From: Pelomyxa schiedti
Lineage: Eukaryota; Protista; Evosea
Reading direction: 5' to 3'
Assembly (NCBI GenBank): GCA_020536535.1
Contig: JAHLWZ010000178.1
Coordinates: 1 to 45,432 of the forward strand
DNA: 45,432 nucleotides
The notes beneath the pieces were generated by a model. That model saw only the letters and a list, made by a program, of their open reading frames with translations. It did no database searches and was not told the origin of the DNA. Every line of letters starts with the position of its first letter. The first letter of the stretch is position 1. Shown one piece after another: positions 8,780 to 20,888 of the stretch. The translations under genes and the position numbers were made by a program.

Positions 8780-11700
8780 CTAACTTGTACTGCCGAAGAC
8801 CACATCCTCTGGCGTGAAATGAAAGGGGGCGGAATTAAGGCCAAGTCAAAAAAAGAGCTCTCGTGTCTTGAACATTACCTCGAGAGCATTGGCTGTGCAG
8901 TGCGGCACATGAAGTTTTTCCAGGTCTAAATACAAGTGAGGAAAACGAATTGAAAAGAGGATACGGGACTTGGTGGCAGCAAAGATATTCCCAAAGACTC
9001 AAGGACTGGACGCAGAATTGCTGTCAGTTTGGGTAGTGAAAGTAACTGTACACCAACTAAGTTCCCGTGGCAAAGAGTTTGTTGCATCATTGCCCATTTA
9101 TGTGGATGGTCAAGGTTCAAATAAAGGTTCACTTCCATCAAGTCGAACGTACCTGTTTTTTTGTTTTACAAAACCAAGGAGAAGATAAATCGCACCTTTT
9201 GTTGTAAAAGATCTACCTTTCTAGAAAATCCAATTAGATTCACCCTTCCAAGAGCAGATACCTTAGATGCATTGCATCGTGTTTCTTCTTCACGTCTGGT
9301 TAACAGAAAAAAATGTAAGGAAATAGGCTCCTCATATCCTTCTGGTAGACTATTAGAAGTAGGAAGAAATGCAAATTCAACTCTGACCCTGAAGATCGCA
9401 AGTCATGTTAGATTTCTCTTTAATCTGTAGGAAGAGGTGTTTAATGTGGTTTTTTGGTGACGAGCAGCAGGGACCTCGCACTAGAGTGGTTTAAGAAGTA
9501 AAATATGGACGACGTGGGGTTCTAACTTGGTGCAGTCATGGCGTCATATAGAACTACTCTTGGGGGTGGGTATGGCAATTGTGCCACAATATTTGCAGCA
9601 TAAGAGAAGAAGGAGAGAATATTAGGTATGTTCTTTGCACATGATTCCAGTGGGGGATTGATTAAGGTTGGAATCATCTCACCTATTTCTACTCTTACTA
9701 GGGAAGCAAGAGTGTCCTGACTGGGCAAGCTCATGATTGGGAGCTTATAACTTTTACTTTTCCCACCAAGTGCGATAGGGATGGGGCAGAGTGTATTTTT
9801 CTGAGGAGAACATGCCACTGCTAGAGCCACCGCAATCCAGTCCCGTTGCATACTACTAATGCGTGGACATCTCAGCAGTCGTATCAGTTCTATTGTTACT
9901 GCTTGGTGCAGTGGGATATAGGAGGAAGCTTTAGGAGCGGAAACTGAAACATTACTTGCAAGGCACTCAAAATTCTCTGCAGTAGTTGGATTGCCTGTTG
10001 GAGGTGTAGATCTGGACTGCTGGTTGCTGAGTTTAACCCGCCTGTAGTGACTACTGGCTACCCCTGTAAGCAGCCCAATGACGCGAATTATCCTGGAACA
10101 TATTTCCCATGAATCTGGGTTTCCGTGGCTCTCATTACCATGCACAAGTAACACTAGTAAAGGAATATATATGGCATATTCATGAAGTAGGAGTTTTCTG
10201 GCTCCGAATGAACGCTCACACATTACACATTTTACTTCCCCACAATTTGCAACTCTCATTTCAGTGGTGGTGAAAAAGGAATCGATTGTTATATTCTTTG
10301 TACCAATTAGTGAGAACGAGAAAAAAAAGAGAAAAGTAGTAGCTATGCCTGAAATGACGACGCCATTCCATCTAACAGGTCAGGAATTTCCCAGTAGGCC
10401 AAGTTCTTTGCAGTCTCACTCAAAGAACAGTCACTAAGTAAGTCCAAGAGAAGAACCCATTGCTGATTTGTATTAGGTCGAACATTGAGTCTCCAGAGAT
10501 TTATCTCCAGAAAAGGATTTTCGTAATCAGAGAAGGTACAAGGTGGGGTCAGTGGCTTGGGCTGTTGGGCCAAAATCGCCCTCAGCTTCGAAATTGCTAT
10601 TGGAAGTGTGGCTTCGAGTGCATCATTCTGTGCAGAGGAGAAATTTATGAACTCCTGAAGTGCCTCTCTTGTTTCCCGCAGCTTATTTGCCGGAATTTTA
10701 GACTCAAGTTGTTGAATGACCGTCATGAGGGGTAGGTAGTTACTACCCATAAACAGGCACAGATTTCGACTAAGTTCTAAAACTGTTCTTAACACAGACT
10801 CTGAAAATCTTTGTGGATCTTGATTCAGAAAGTTCAGCACAATGGCCTCAATACGAGACGCAGAGCCTTGCATTCTTGTCACAAATTCTCGGAAAAAGGA
10901 AATTTGGAGCACAACCCATTTATACATGTTCAAGTACGAGCACAGCAACGTTGAGGCAATGGCATCAACACTCTTGTCGAAATTGATGGCATCAATTCGG
11001 CAACTCATAGTAGAAATAAACACTGCAAAAAGCTTCGCAGCTCTTTTGGCACACATGACAGTAACCCTTTTTGGGGAGGTCGGCAGAAAGGCACACAACA
11101 AGTTGTATGCTTCCGAGAAATTGAATTGCCCAAGAAGTGTACGAGTTAGGCAAGTTCCATTAAGCAACTGGAGTGTGCCATCATCTACAAGTTCCTCATT
11201 TGCGTCAGGAGTACTGGACGAAGATACTTCCTGTGTTCCGGGAGCAGTGATTTCAGTTTTGACTGGTGCAGGAGCCCAGCAAGTCTCCCTGAAAAAAGGA
11301 GTCGTCCTTACCTTCAACTCACAGAGAGGATCATAGCTGGAAGCAATGTTCCCGGATTCTTTGGAAGTCGCACTCCTCTTCTTTCTGCTGCCGAAACAGA
11401 GGTCGATAGCGCCAGACATCGCAATCAACCAAGCGTCATATTGTTTGTCCACAAATGCACGCCAGTCTGGTCGCTTATGAGAGAGTCTTTCCACGTTCAA
11501 AAAGTACATAAGTCCTACCTCGGCAACAAGATCTGCAAGAACACAACGCTCCTGGTGCCGCTGACGCCACAAGACAAAAAACCTCGTTCATTACCGTCGG
11601 CCATCTCGCACACACCCAAGCGTCCATTCTCAAGTTTTTTTTAAGTTGGAATTCTTTTTTACCCGTTGTTTTCGAATCCGGGAATTGATGCCTCCGACCA

Positions 11701-13625
11701 AGAGCTAAAAAACCACGAAGTAAGTAAAAAAATGTCAAAATTTTTTGTTTCTATAGGTTCTCATAGTAATACGTAATATCTTCCTATCTGAGGGTCCCTG
11801 CTCTCACCAGTTTGTGAATTTGGCAAAACAGCAGCATTTCTCAGGCAGGGCATCAAAGAGAGCCAGGGTTCGGCAATACATGTCTGGGAATATATCCATT
11901 GCTTTAAGAGCTTCAGCCGGGTTGCTGTAGCTAATCCACATCACACAGTATCTTACAGTAACCCCTTCCAATATGAGGTGCATATTTTTAGGGTCCTCGA
12001 TTGGGCAAATATTACATGTCCCGCACAACTTTTCAGAAGCCAGGAACTTTGCAGCTGCTGAAAAGCGTTGCGTAATTTCCGCACTATAAGTTGTGGCGAA
12101 TAGCCGGATTACAAGTGCTGGAACTGTGGCAGCAATTTATATGATGCAATGGAATGGCGATAGAGACGCTACAGACGGATAAGAGTGCATACCTTCGGTG
12201 AATAACATGTTTCTGAATACAGGTGTTGTTGGACTATGTGGGGGAAGAGGGGGCGAGACTGACAACTTGTTGTTATTCTTGTTGTTAGAGGTGTGGCTCC
12301 TCGTTGATTTTAGACAGAACTTGTACAGTCTTGCTAACAATCGGAATTTATCAGTATACACTTTGAACCCCCTTCCAAAGTCCAGCATTAATAACAGTTC
12401 CGTTTCGCAGATGTGTGTCCTATTACCGCTGTTTGATGAATGGCATAGAAAGTACAACTACGCACTTGGATGATGAGCAGAATTGCTTCACGAGGAAGGA
12501 AAAAGTTTCTGTTCCATCCATGTTACAATGGTCCTGCGCGACCAAGTCCAGCACCTTTCCACCTGGGCCCTTGCACCTTTTACATGTAACTTCTAGTTTC
12601 GCTGTGATTCCAGTGATTTGATTGAGATAAAATGTACCACTAAGAGTAACACAGTTGCAACACTTGGCCGACGAAACAACATTCAGTATGTCATTCTCAG
12701 ACAAGTTTCTCGTCACCCTCCACAGGTGGTCAATTGAGACTGTCAACTAGAAAAAAAAAAACGAAGAAAAAATTGTAAGTTACTAGTGCGCAACCACTGC
12801 ACCAACATCAACAATGACAGAAGAAGAATACACTCTCACAAAACAGTACAACTAACGATATATGTCGTTTGCAATAACGACAGACAAGAATGGCATTCCA
12901 GGATTCAGTGCATACCATGGCGTTGCACCTTGGCCAAATTTCGGCAGTAGAAAGCTTGGCAGACACAACACTATCCGCAGTTAGAACAGAGAAATATCCA
13001 CAGTCCATTGTATGGTGTTGGCTGGTGGGGTGGTGCTAATAAATAGAGGACTTCGGCCAAAGAATAAATAAACGGTCTTTGTGGTGAATGAACTGTGAAC
13101 TGTCTGGTGCACTTCTTCTCTCTCAACAGTCTGTATAACTGCTTTTTTATTGTGGAACAAGAGACCGAAACGAAGGAAAAAAAGCGAAAAATGCCCTTCA
13201 GTTTGCATACAAAGAAGATGCGCAACACCTTGAACCTGCCTTATTAGTGGCGCCATAAAATTACCCTGTGTTTTCTCATGAAGTTGTTGAACAATGGAAT
13301 GTTTCGTGTTCCCGACTTCGATCACAACGTAGCTCTGCCAAAATTCCCATTCTCCGAAAGTCCAAAATCTTGGAGCTTTCCAAGCAAAACTTGGGACATC
13401 TCACGTTTGGTCATGTCCATTTCACGCACAAGAATTTCGCAGCGCACAACAAAGAAAGGTCTACTCAATCTGTAAGAGGAAAACATGACGCGCAAGAACA
13501 TCATTGAAAGAATCACCGGCGATTAGTGGGTCCAACCGTCACTTCGGTGCCCGATCTCACAAAAGGGGACACGGTAAAAAACCCTTGAGAGAACAGTAAT
13601 TAAGGGAGACCTTAGAGCAGGTCAT
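8780..13625 (-). CDS. Large multi-exon hypothetical protein: Cys-containing putative DNA-binding domain followed by a long helical region
   Basis: Chain of minus-strand ORFs (12423-12746, 12137-12457, 10343-11572, 9522-10259, 8926-9141) separated by GT-AG intron-like gaps. Contains EVTCKRC...FSFLVKQFCSSSK|HICETELLLMLDFGRGFKVYTDKFRLLAR. Ends are approximate and it could be two genes. Confidence 0.5.
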
Positions 13626-13686
13626 TTACTTTGTTTGACTTGTGTGCTTGTTGTTACAGCGTTGTTGTGGTACTTGTGATTGCAAA

Positions 13687-14805
13687 TTAGCCGGGGCAGC
13701 CCTTTGCGGTCATTGTGGGGAAATTGGGGATCCAGACAGACGATGCACAGTTCATTTCGGAGCTGATGATTGTTGATGGGCAATCAAACAGTGGTGGATC
13801 GGTCTTTTCGGTCTCGTTGCGTGTGACACAGATTCTTATGTCCGAGAGTTGAGTGGTATCTGAGGAATCACATGTTGCGAATGCTGTGTTTGTTTTGTTT
13901 CCATTCATTAGTTGCTATAGAAACGTTGGGAATGAAAAGAATTCTTACGGGTATAGCCTAGTGCCTTCTCAAGTGCTGGTATAATTACTGTCGAAAGACT
14001 GTACTTGACCTTGTTGCTGCTTGTGCTTGTTTTTACACCGGCATCCAGAAGGATTTGATACAAATCGTACTTGATCCTACGAGGGTTAGTGAGTCCTGAT
14101 TGTGAAGGGAACATGATATAATATGTACCTGAGATTAAGTGCAACGTTCCAATAATCCACGGGTCCATTGGTGCCACTGTAAACGGAGGCAGCGCAGGTT
14201 CCGTGCTTCTCGTACTCGTACTGAACAAACTCGCAGTTCTTCATCGCTGGCCAGTATCTGAAGCGATGTAAGTAACAAACAAGAAGAGAGTTCCATCAGA
14301 TACGTGTCAAGTTGTTTCCTGAGTGTTGGGTTGCTGTCAATCAAATTCATGATTTCATCTTCGGTATAATCACAGGTGCAGCAGCTTGGGTAACTAGATG
14401 CCGATAAGTACTCCAGTACAAAAGGATTTATCCGAACCTGTTGCCATCGTAGTTGGGCCACAAGCCGTGAATTGTGAAGCCTGTGGGTATGCTCGAAATG
14501 GTTGCTGGCACACGGCAGCACCCATCATCACAAAAAGTACCCGGCCATGACTGGACGAACCTGTCGAGAATAATAAACAACAAAAACAGGGATGGGGAAA
14601 AAAAAAAAAAATCCGTTTGAACGTGATTTTTTATTATTATTATTATCACGAAGCGTTGTGTATTTATTTGGTTTTTCCCCTTCACGCACATCATCCAAGT
14701 CCATTCAGGCTGAGTAGTATATTTGCACGAAGCAGACATGTTGCTGTAAGAGCAACAGCTGGCCGTCGCAACAATCAACGCAATCACGAGCACCCCCCTC
14801 AACAT
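13687..14805 (-). CDS. Ribonuclease T2 family, secreted
   Basis: Signal peptide, FVQSWPGTFC, CAS I FTIHGLWP and CAS II FVQYEYEKHGTCA. Confidence 0.93.
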
Positions 14806-14996
14806 CGTTTGTGTATTCGGTGGGTTTTTTTGTTTTTATTTATTATTGCTGGAATGTTTTTTCCCTTTGTTCGGATCTTTTTTAAGGGAACGCCGAGACT
14901 GCGAGCCCCACAACCCCAACGAGCGAAACTTTGGTGGGTTTTTGTTTGGCCTATCAGAATCGTCTGTTTTGTTTGTTGTGTTTGAGTTGTTTGTTT

Positions 14997-17900
14997 TTAC
15001 AGCTGGTTTTGGTGATGAGCACTGAGGGGCACCACAAGGCCTTCGCCCTGGTACTCCTGGTAGTCGAATCGGATGCGCCCATAGCCTCCCAACCCCCCAT
15101 TGCCTATCCCCACATTCACCACAGCTTCCTCACTGCCAGATAGGTCCGATGCTCTGGTGATGTTGCAGGAAAGCCGGGGTGATGAGGTGCTCGGCGCTGG
15201 CGCGAAGGGTCCGCCGCTGTTGCGGGTTGTTGGCGGGGTGGGTTGTTGGAAGGAGCCGGAGAGCCTTGCGGAGATGGCGTGAGGCGCACAAGCTCCCCCA
15301 AATCCTCCGAGGCAGTGCACCTCCCCTTCGTTCAGCAGAAGGGTATCGGCTTGAAGGAGTATGCTCCCGCCGGCTCCTCCGCCACCTCCTCCGCCGCCGC
15401 TAGTCTTGGTGGTGCTTTGGGTGCACACCTCGGACGGCACAGCAGGGGCTCCATTTTCTCCATCTGATGAAATGGTACCACAGTTGAGAATGGTTTTGGC
15501 ACAGATGTGAATTACACCCCCGCCTCTTCCGCCTCTTCCACCTCTTCCACCTTCCGCGGCCTCTTTGGTACAGTCTTTCTCTGCAAACAGAGTAAACGGA
15601 GGCAATAAAGAAAGTTTACCTTGACTGAAAATGAAGCCTGATCCGCCACCCGAACCCATCCAGGGAGGAGATAATTCCTCGTTTCCGTAAATAATCCCTC
15701 CCTGTGGTATACTTGCTGAATCTCCTCCGGGTGTTCCAAACCCACCCCCTCCACCTCCACAGCAGTGTCTTGTGAAGGAGCACATACATCCACCCCCACC
15801 TCCACCATTGGCTTCTTTAGATTCCTGCCCACTTCTAGTTGGGGAGTCACCCTGAATGCATACTAAAACGACCAGAATTTCGTAGAGAATTTACCTGAAA
15901 CCCAACTCCAGTGGTTCCTGTAGCACTTGTGGGAAGGCCACCAGCATAACCTTTAGCAGACATGTCAATTGTTCCGCCTTTGTCCACAGTTACACTTTCA
16001 AGAACCTTATTCACAGTCTTAGTTACGGTGAGGATAAGAAGAATTTCTTACCCTTAACTTTAGCCAGCCCCCACAATGGCCATCCCATGCAGGAGCTGTG
16101 AGGATTCCTTTTGCCTTAACGTGGACAGTTTTAAATTCATAGACTCGCCCAGGGTTGAGAACAATTTGCCCCTCAACAACCTGGAACACATAAAAAAGAT
16201 AAGCATTATTAGGAGTACCAACCAAGTTTCCGTCGGAGCCGCAGCCTGTGTCAATTTTTGTAGAATGATAGGATATAGATCCGAGAGATTGTATCACGTG
16301 TCTCAGATCAGGAAGATCGATGACAGGAACCTCTGTGCATTGTGACTTGTAAACTAAAAACCTTTTTCCCTCCAAATTGGTAGTGTACAAACGTGTGATA
16401 CATGGTTCCCAGTTGTGACTCCGCATTCCAGTGTCGATCTCTTGAACTATAGTATTTTTCTCCCACAATAATTCTATATCGCTGATGCTGAGGGATGCTA
16501 ACTTATGCCCTGACAGTAAGTCTTTCCTTCTACGAATACTTCGTGCTAGATTCTTGCATTGGCACTGCAGCTCTTCAATTCTTGACTTCGCTATTACTTC
16601 TGCAATTAAAGATGCTTCTCTGTCTGATGCAGCTCGGTGTAATTCGTGAAATGCGATCTAAGCAGGTTTTAGTCACAGAACACTTGAATCCTCAACCTGT
16701 ATGTGTAGAGCGGCTCTTTCAGTTGATAGTTCAGAACTGGCAGACATGTCAGATAGTAAAGCATATGAATTTGTTAGTGCAGTTAATTGTTGGCGGGCTG
16801 TGTTGAGTCTGCTTCTAGCAATCTGGCGGAAATCCGCCACCGCTTCCTCTATAGTTACAATGTTGTGTCCTTTGTGCGAACTGCCTCATGTTAAGCCATA
16901 CTAGAATTAGTTTCTGAGGGAGTGAAAAACTGACCCCACAACAGAGCACATCGGACAAACAAGAGATTCCTCATCTCTGCAATACAATTCGAGGGAATAT
17001 GAGGGATGTTCTGAACAAGCAGAAGCTCCCCTGGGTAAGTGTTGAAGTGGTACCTAATTAAAATGAGAGAAGAAGAAAATTACGTCAGCAAACCCTCTTG
17101 TGTTTTTGTTGCAATTGTGTTGTGTGGGAGTTGGCGAAACACTGGCTGCAGAGTGACCCAGGGCAGTTCATACAATAAACTGTAGCGTGAGTTTTCTCAC
17201 ACTCTTCGCAGATTGTGGCTGATGATACTCCCTGAGGAAGAGTTGCAATTAACTCTTCCTCTGCAGTATCAGGGGAGTCAATCTTAGTTTCCACCCCTGA
17301 AAGAGGTCACTGTCCAACGTTAAGTGCGTTTTGTACCTTGACTTTGAATAACTTTCAATACTTCCCCATCCAGTGCTAAACCAACTGCACCATTTTCTGG
17401 TCGGGTTGTTTGCAGTTTACATTTCTGACAAAAAAAGGTGGTGTTACTTGCTTTGCATACGAGGTCAATGCACTCTTGGAAAATTAGAAGGATGTGGGCG
17501 AGGGGTTGGACATAAAAAAAACCTTGGCAAAATGTATGATTACATGCCAAAAGTCTGGGAGCTTTTTCGCCAGAGGTCTTATATTTTTCGAAGCATATGG
17601 GGCAGGAAATAAAATCTGGCATTTGGTTACACATGTATCACAACTGACGACCCCACTCCTCCTTCGTTTGTGAAAAGGAGTTATGGCATGCCTTCTACAG
17701 TTAGATCCCTTTTGGGAGGTGGCATCGACAACCTGGCTGACAAAACAGGTGGAGAACTTGTTGGCGCCGGTGACTTTGACCTGTGCTTTCTTCGCAGCGA
17801 CTTGAACAGATCGCCCCTTTCCTTCTTCTCCGAAGCAACTGCGGAATGTTGAGGGCGCATGAGCTGGGGTGCAAGAGACTGTTGTTGACAAGCCAGGGCC

Positions 17901-18076
17901 GAATTCGGAACGAACATGGACGACGAGACAAGGGCCGGGGACGAGATCACGATGTCGTCAGATCCGCTTTTCATCTTGCCGCGGTCTTTTTCTTTGTGTT
18001 TCTTGTGCGACTTGTCGTCGTCTTTGCCGACGAGCGTCGCATCGTCCTTGTGCCTGTCGTGTTTTAATAATTTCAT
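14997..18076 (-). CDS. TRIM-like protein: RING, two B-boxes, coiled coil and glycine-rich C-terminal domain
   Basis: RING CPICFEKY..PRLLACNHTFC|ECI..CQKC; B-box CEECE..ATVYCMNC..LCSQC..H..KH; second B-box CSEH..LELYC; tail GGGVIHICAKTILNCGTISSDG and GGGAGGSILLQA. The first exon (17681-18076 ORF) probably joins through a GC-AG intron. Confidence 0.8.
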
Positions 18077-18401
18077 GTTTGTTGTTTTCTACGGGTTTCC
18101 GCGAACTCCAGTTCTCATCAAGCCTGATGCTCCATCGGCAGACTCTCAGGAAGCCCAGGTGCGCATCAAGAACCTTTGTAGAGTGCTGTGCCGTGATGGC
18201 CCAGAGAAAAACTGGGACTGGGAGCTTCTTACAGTTGCACTCCAAGAGGAAAATTTTGTTTGCTCCTTTTAAAATCTGTTGGTGGTGGGCCACATTAGGT
18301 GCGAAGGGCGACACCCAACAAAATATTTTGTTTGTTCTCCCAAATTGACACTCTACAAAGACATCTAACACCGGGTGCATTGTATTAAAAGTCCTTCAAA
18401 A

Positions 18402-18944
18402 ATGGCGTCGGGAGGTAAACTTCAGAAAGTTATGACACAGCCCATCGTGTGTAGATTCACTTTAACTGGTACCTTTTGACATGTTTGTGCAGAATTTGAT
18501 TTACAGATATCTACAAAATGTACGTGGACTCCTTCTTTTATTCCTTACATAAACCAACTCCACACCTAAAGAGAGCAATCATTCAAATTTGGTTGTATGA
18601 AAACACCGACATCCGCATTGAAGGCAGAATTATTGTACTGATTTCCCGTACCCTTCCAAAGTGTAAACTATAACAGGGCTTTGACGAGTACATGAACTTG
18701 GTTTTGGATGACGCAGAGGAGTTGTCTTTGAAGAAAGGAACTCGCAGGAAACTCGGTAATAAACACATTTTACCTCAGACAACAGTATTCCAGAACTTAC
18801 ATTCGTCAAGGAAGAACACTTCTTAAAGGCGACAACATTACACTCATGCTCAACACGTACGTTGCATGCTTGTTTTTATTTATTTATTTATTTTTTTTTT
18901 CTCCTTGTGGGACTTCTTATACTCTTTACAGGGGACGATCATAG
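18402..18944 (+). CDS. SNRPE: Small nuclear ribonucleoprotein Sm-E
   Basis: Spliced [15 protein letters not shown]|NLIYRYLQN|[21 protein letters not shown]|[15 protein letters not shown]...|[13 protein letters not shown]. Five short introns; not visible in the ORF track. Confidence 0.93.
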
Positions 18945-19122
18945 TGAACAGACTGCATTTCGGCAATGAACCTAAAGATGCACTCTCTTGTCGGAGGAAA
19001 GTGCCCTGGAAAGATAATTTGCAAATAAAAATGCCCAACAATACTTCAAATAAGAATGGGGATTCTCCCTGTATTTTTATGGGAAAAAAGCCTTTAGGTA
19101 ACCAATCATTCACATTCTCTGG

Positions 19123-20367
<1,245 letters not shown>

Positions 20368-20888
20368 TGTCGTTAGTTGTTTATTGTTTCTTTCCCTTTC
20401 GTTTCACGGGATTTGATTGATCCCCAGGAAAGCCAAAACCCCAAGACTTCAACCAGGAACTGAAGGAAGATACACAAGCCTCAACAGCCCCTCCTGGAGA
20501 TGTACGGAGTATACGAAGGAATGGGAATTCCTTTGAAGCCTTTCCCATGGAACGTTGGCACTAAAGGGGGAATGGTCACAGAAGAGGAAATAACCCTCAG
20601 TGAGGGAACAAATCTTAAAAGCACTGGCCAAAAAATATAAGAGTTCGGACGGCGAAATCGCCCGTGTTTGTGCGTCGAATCTGCAGCGAGACTGCCTCCC
20701 AACTGTGGTTGTCATCAACCCTCGACGTCCAGAGTCCCGTCAACCACTCCAGCACATCCAATCCACAGCCAACAACCAACCAACAATCATCAACAGTCCT
20801 ACCGACAACAACAACAAGAGCCATCGACCGCAATTGTGCACCGAGCACAAAATCGCAACTAGCTTAGTAAGCTCGGCTGAGTAATACA

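Noticed and set aside
20425-20880. Possible RNase P/MRP or U3 RNA
   Set aside because: The conserved P4 pairing and box motifs could not be matched by eye.
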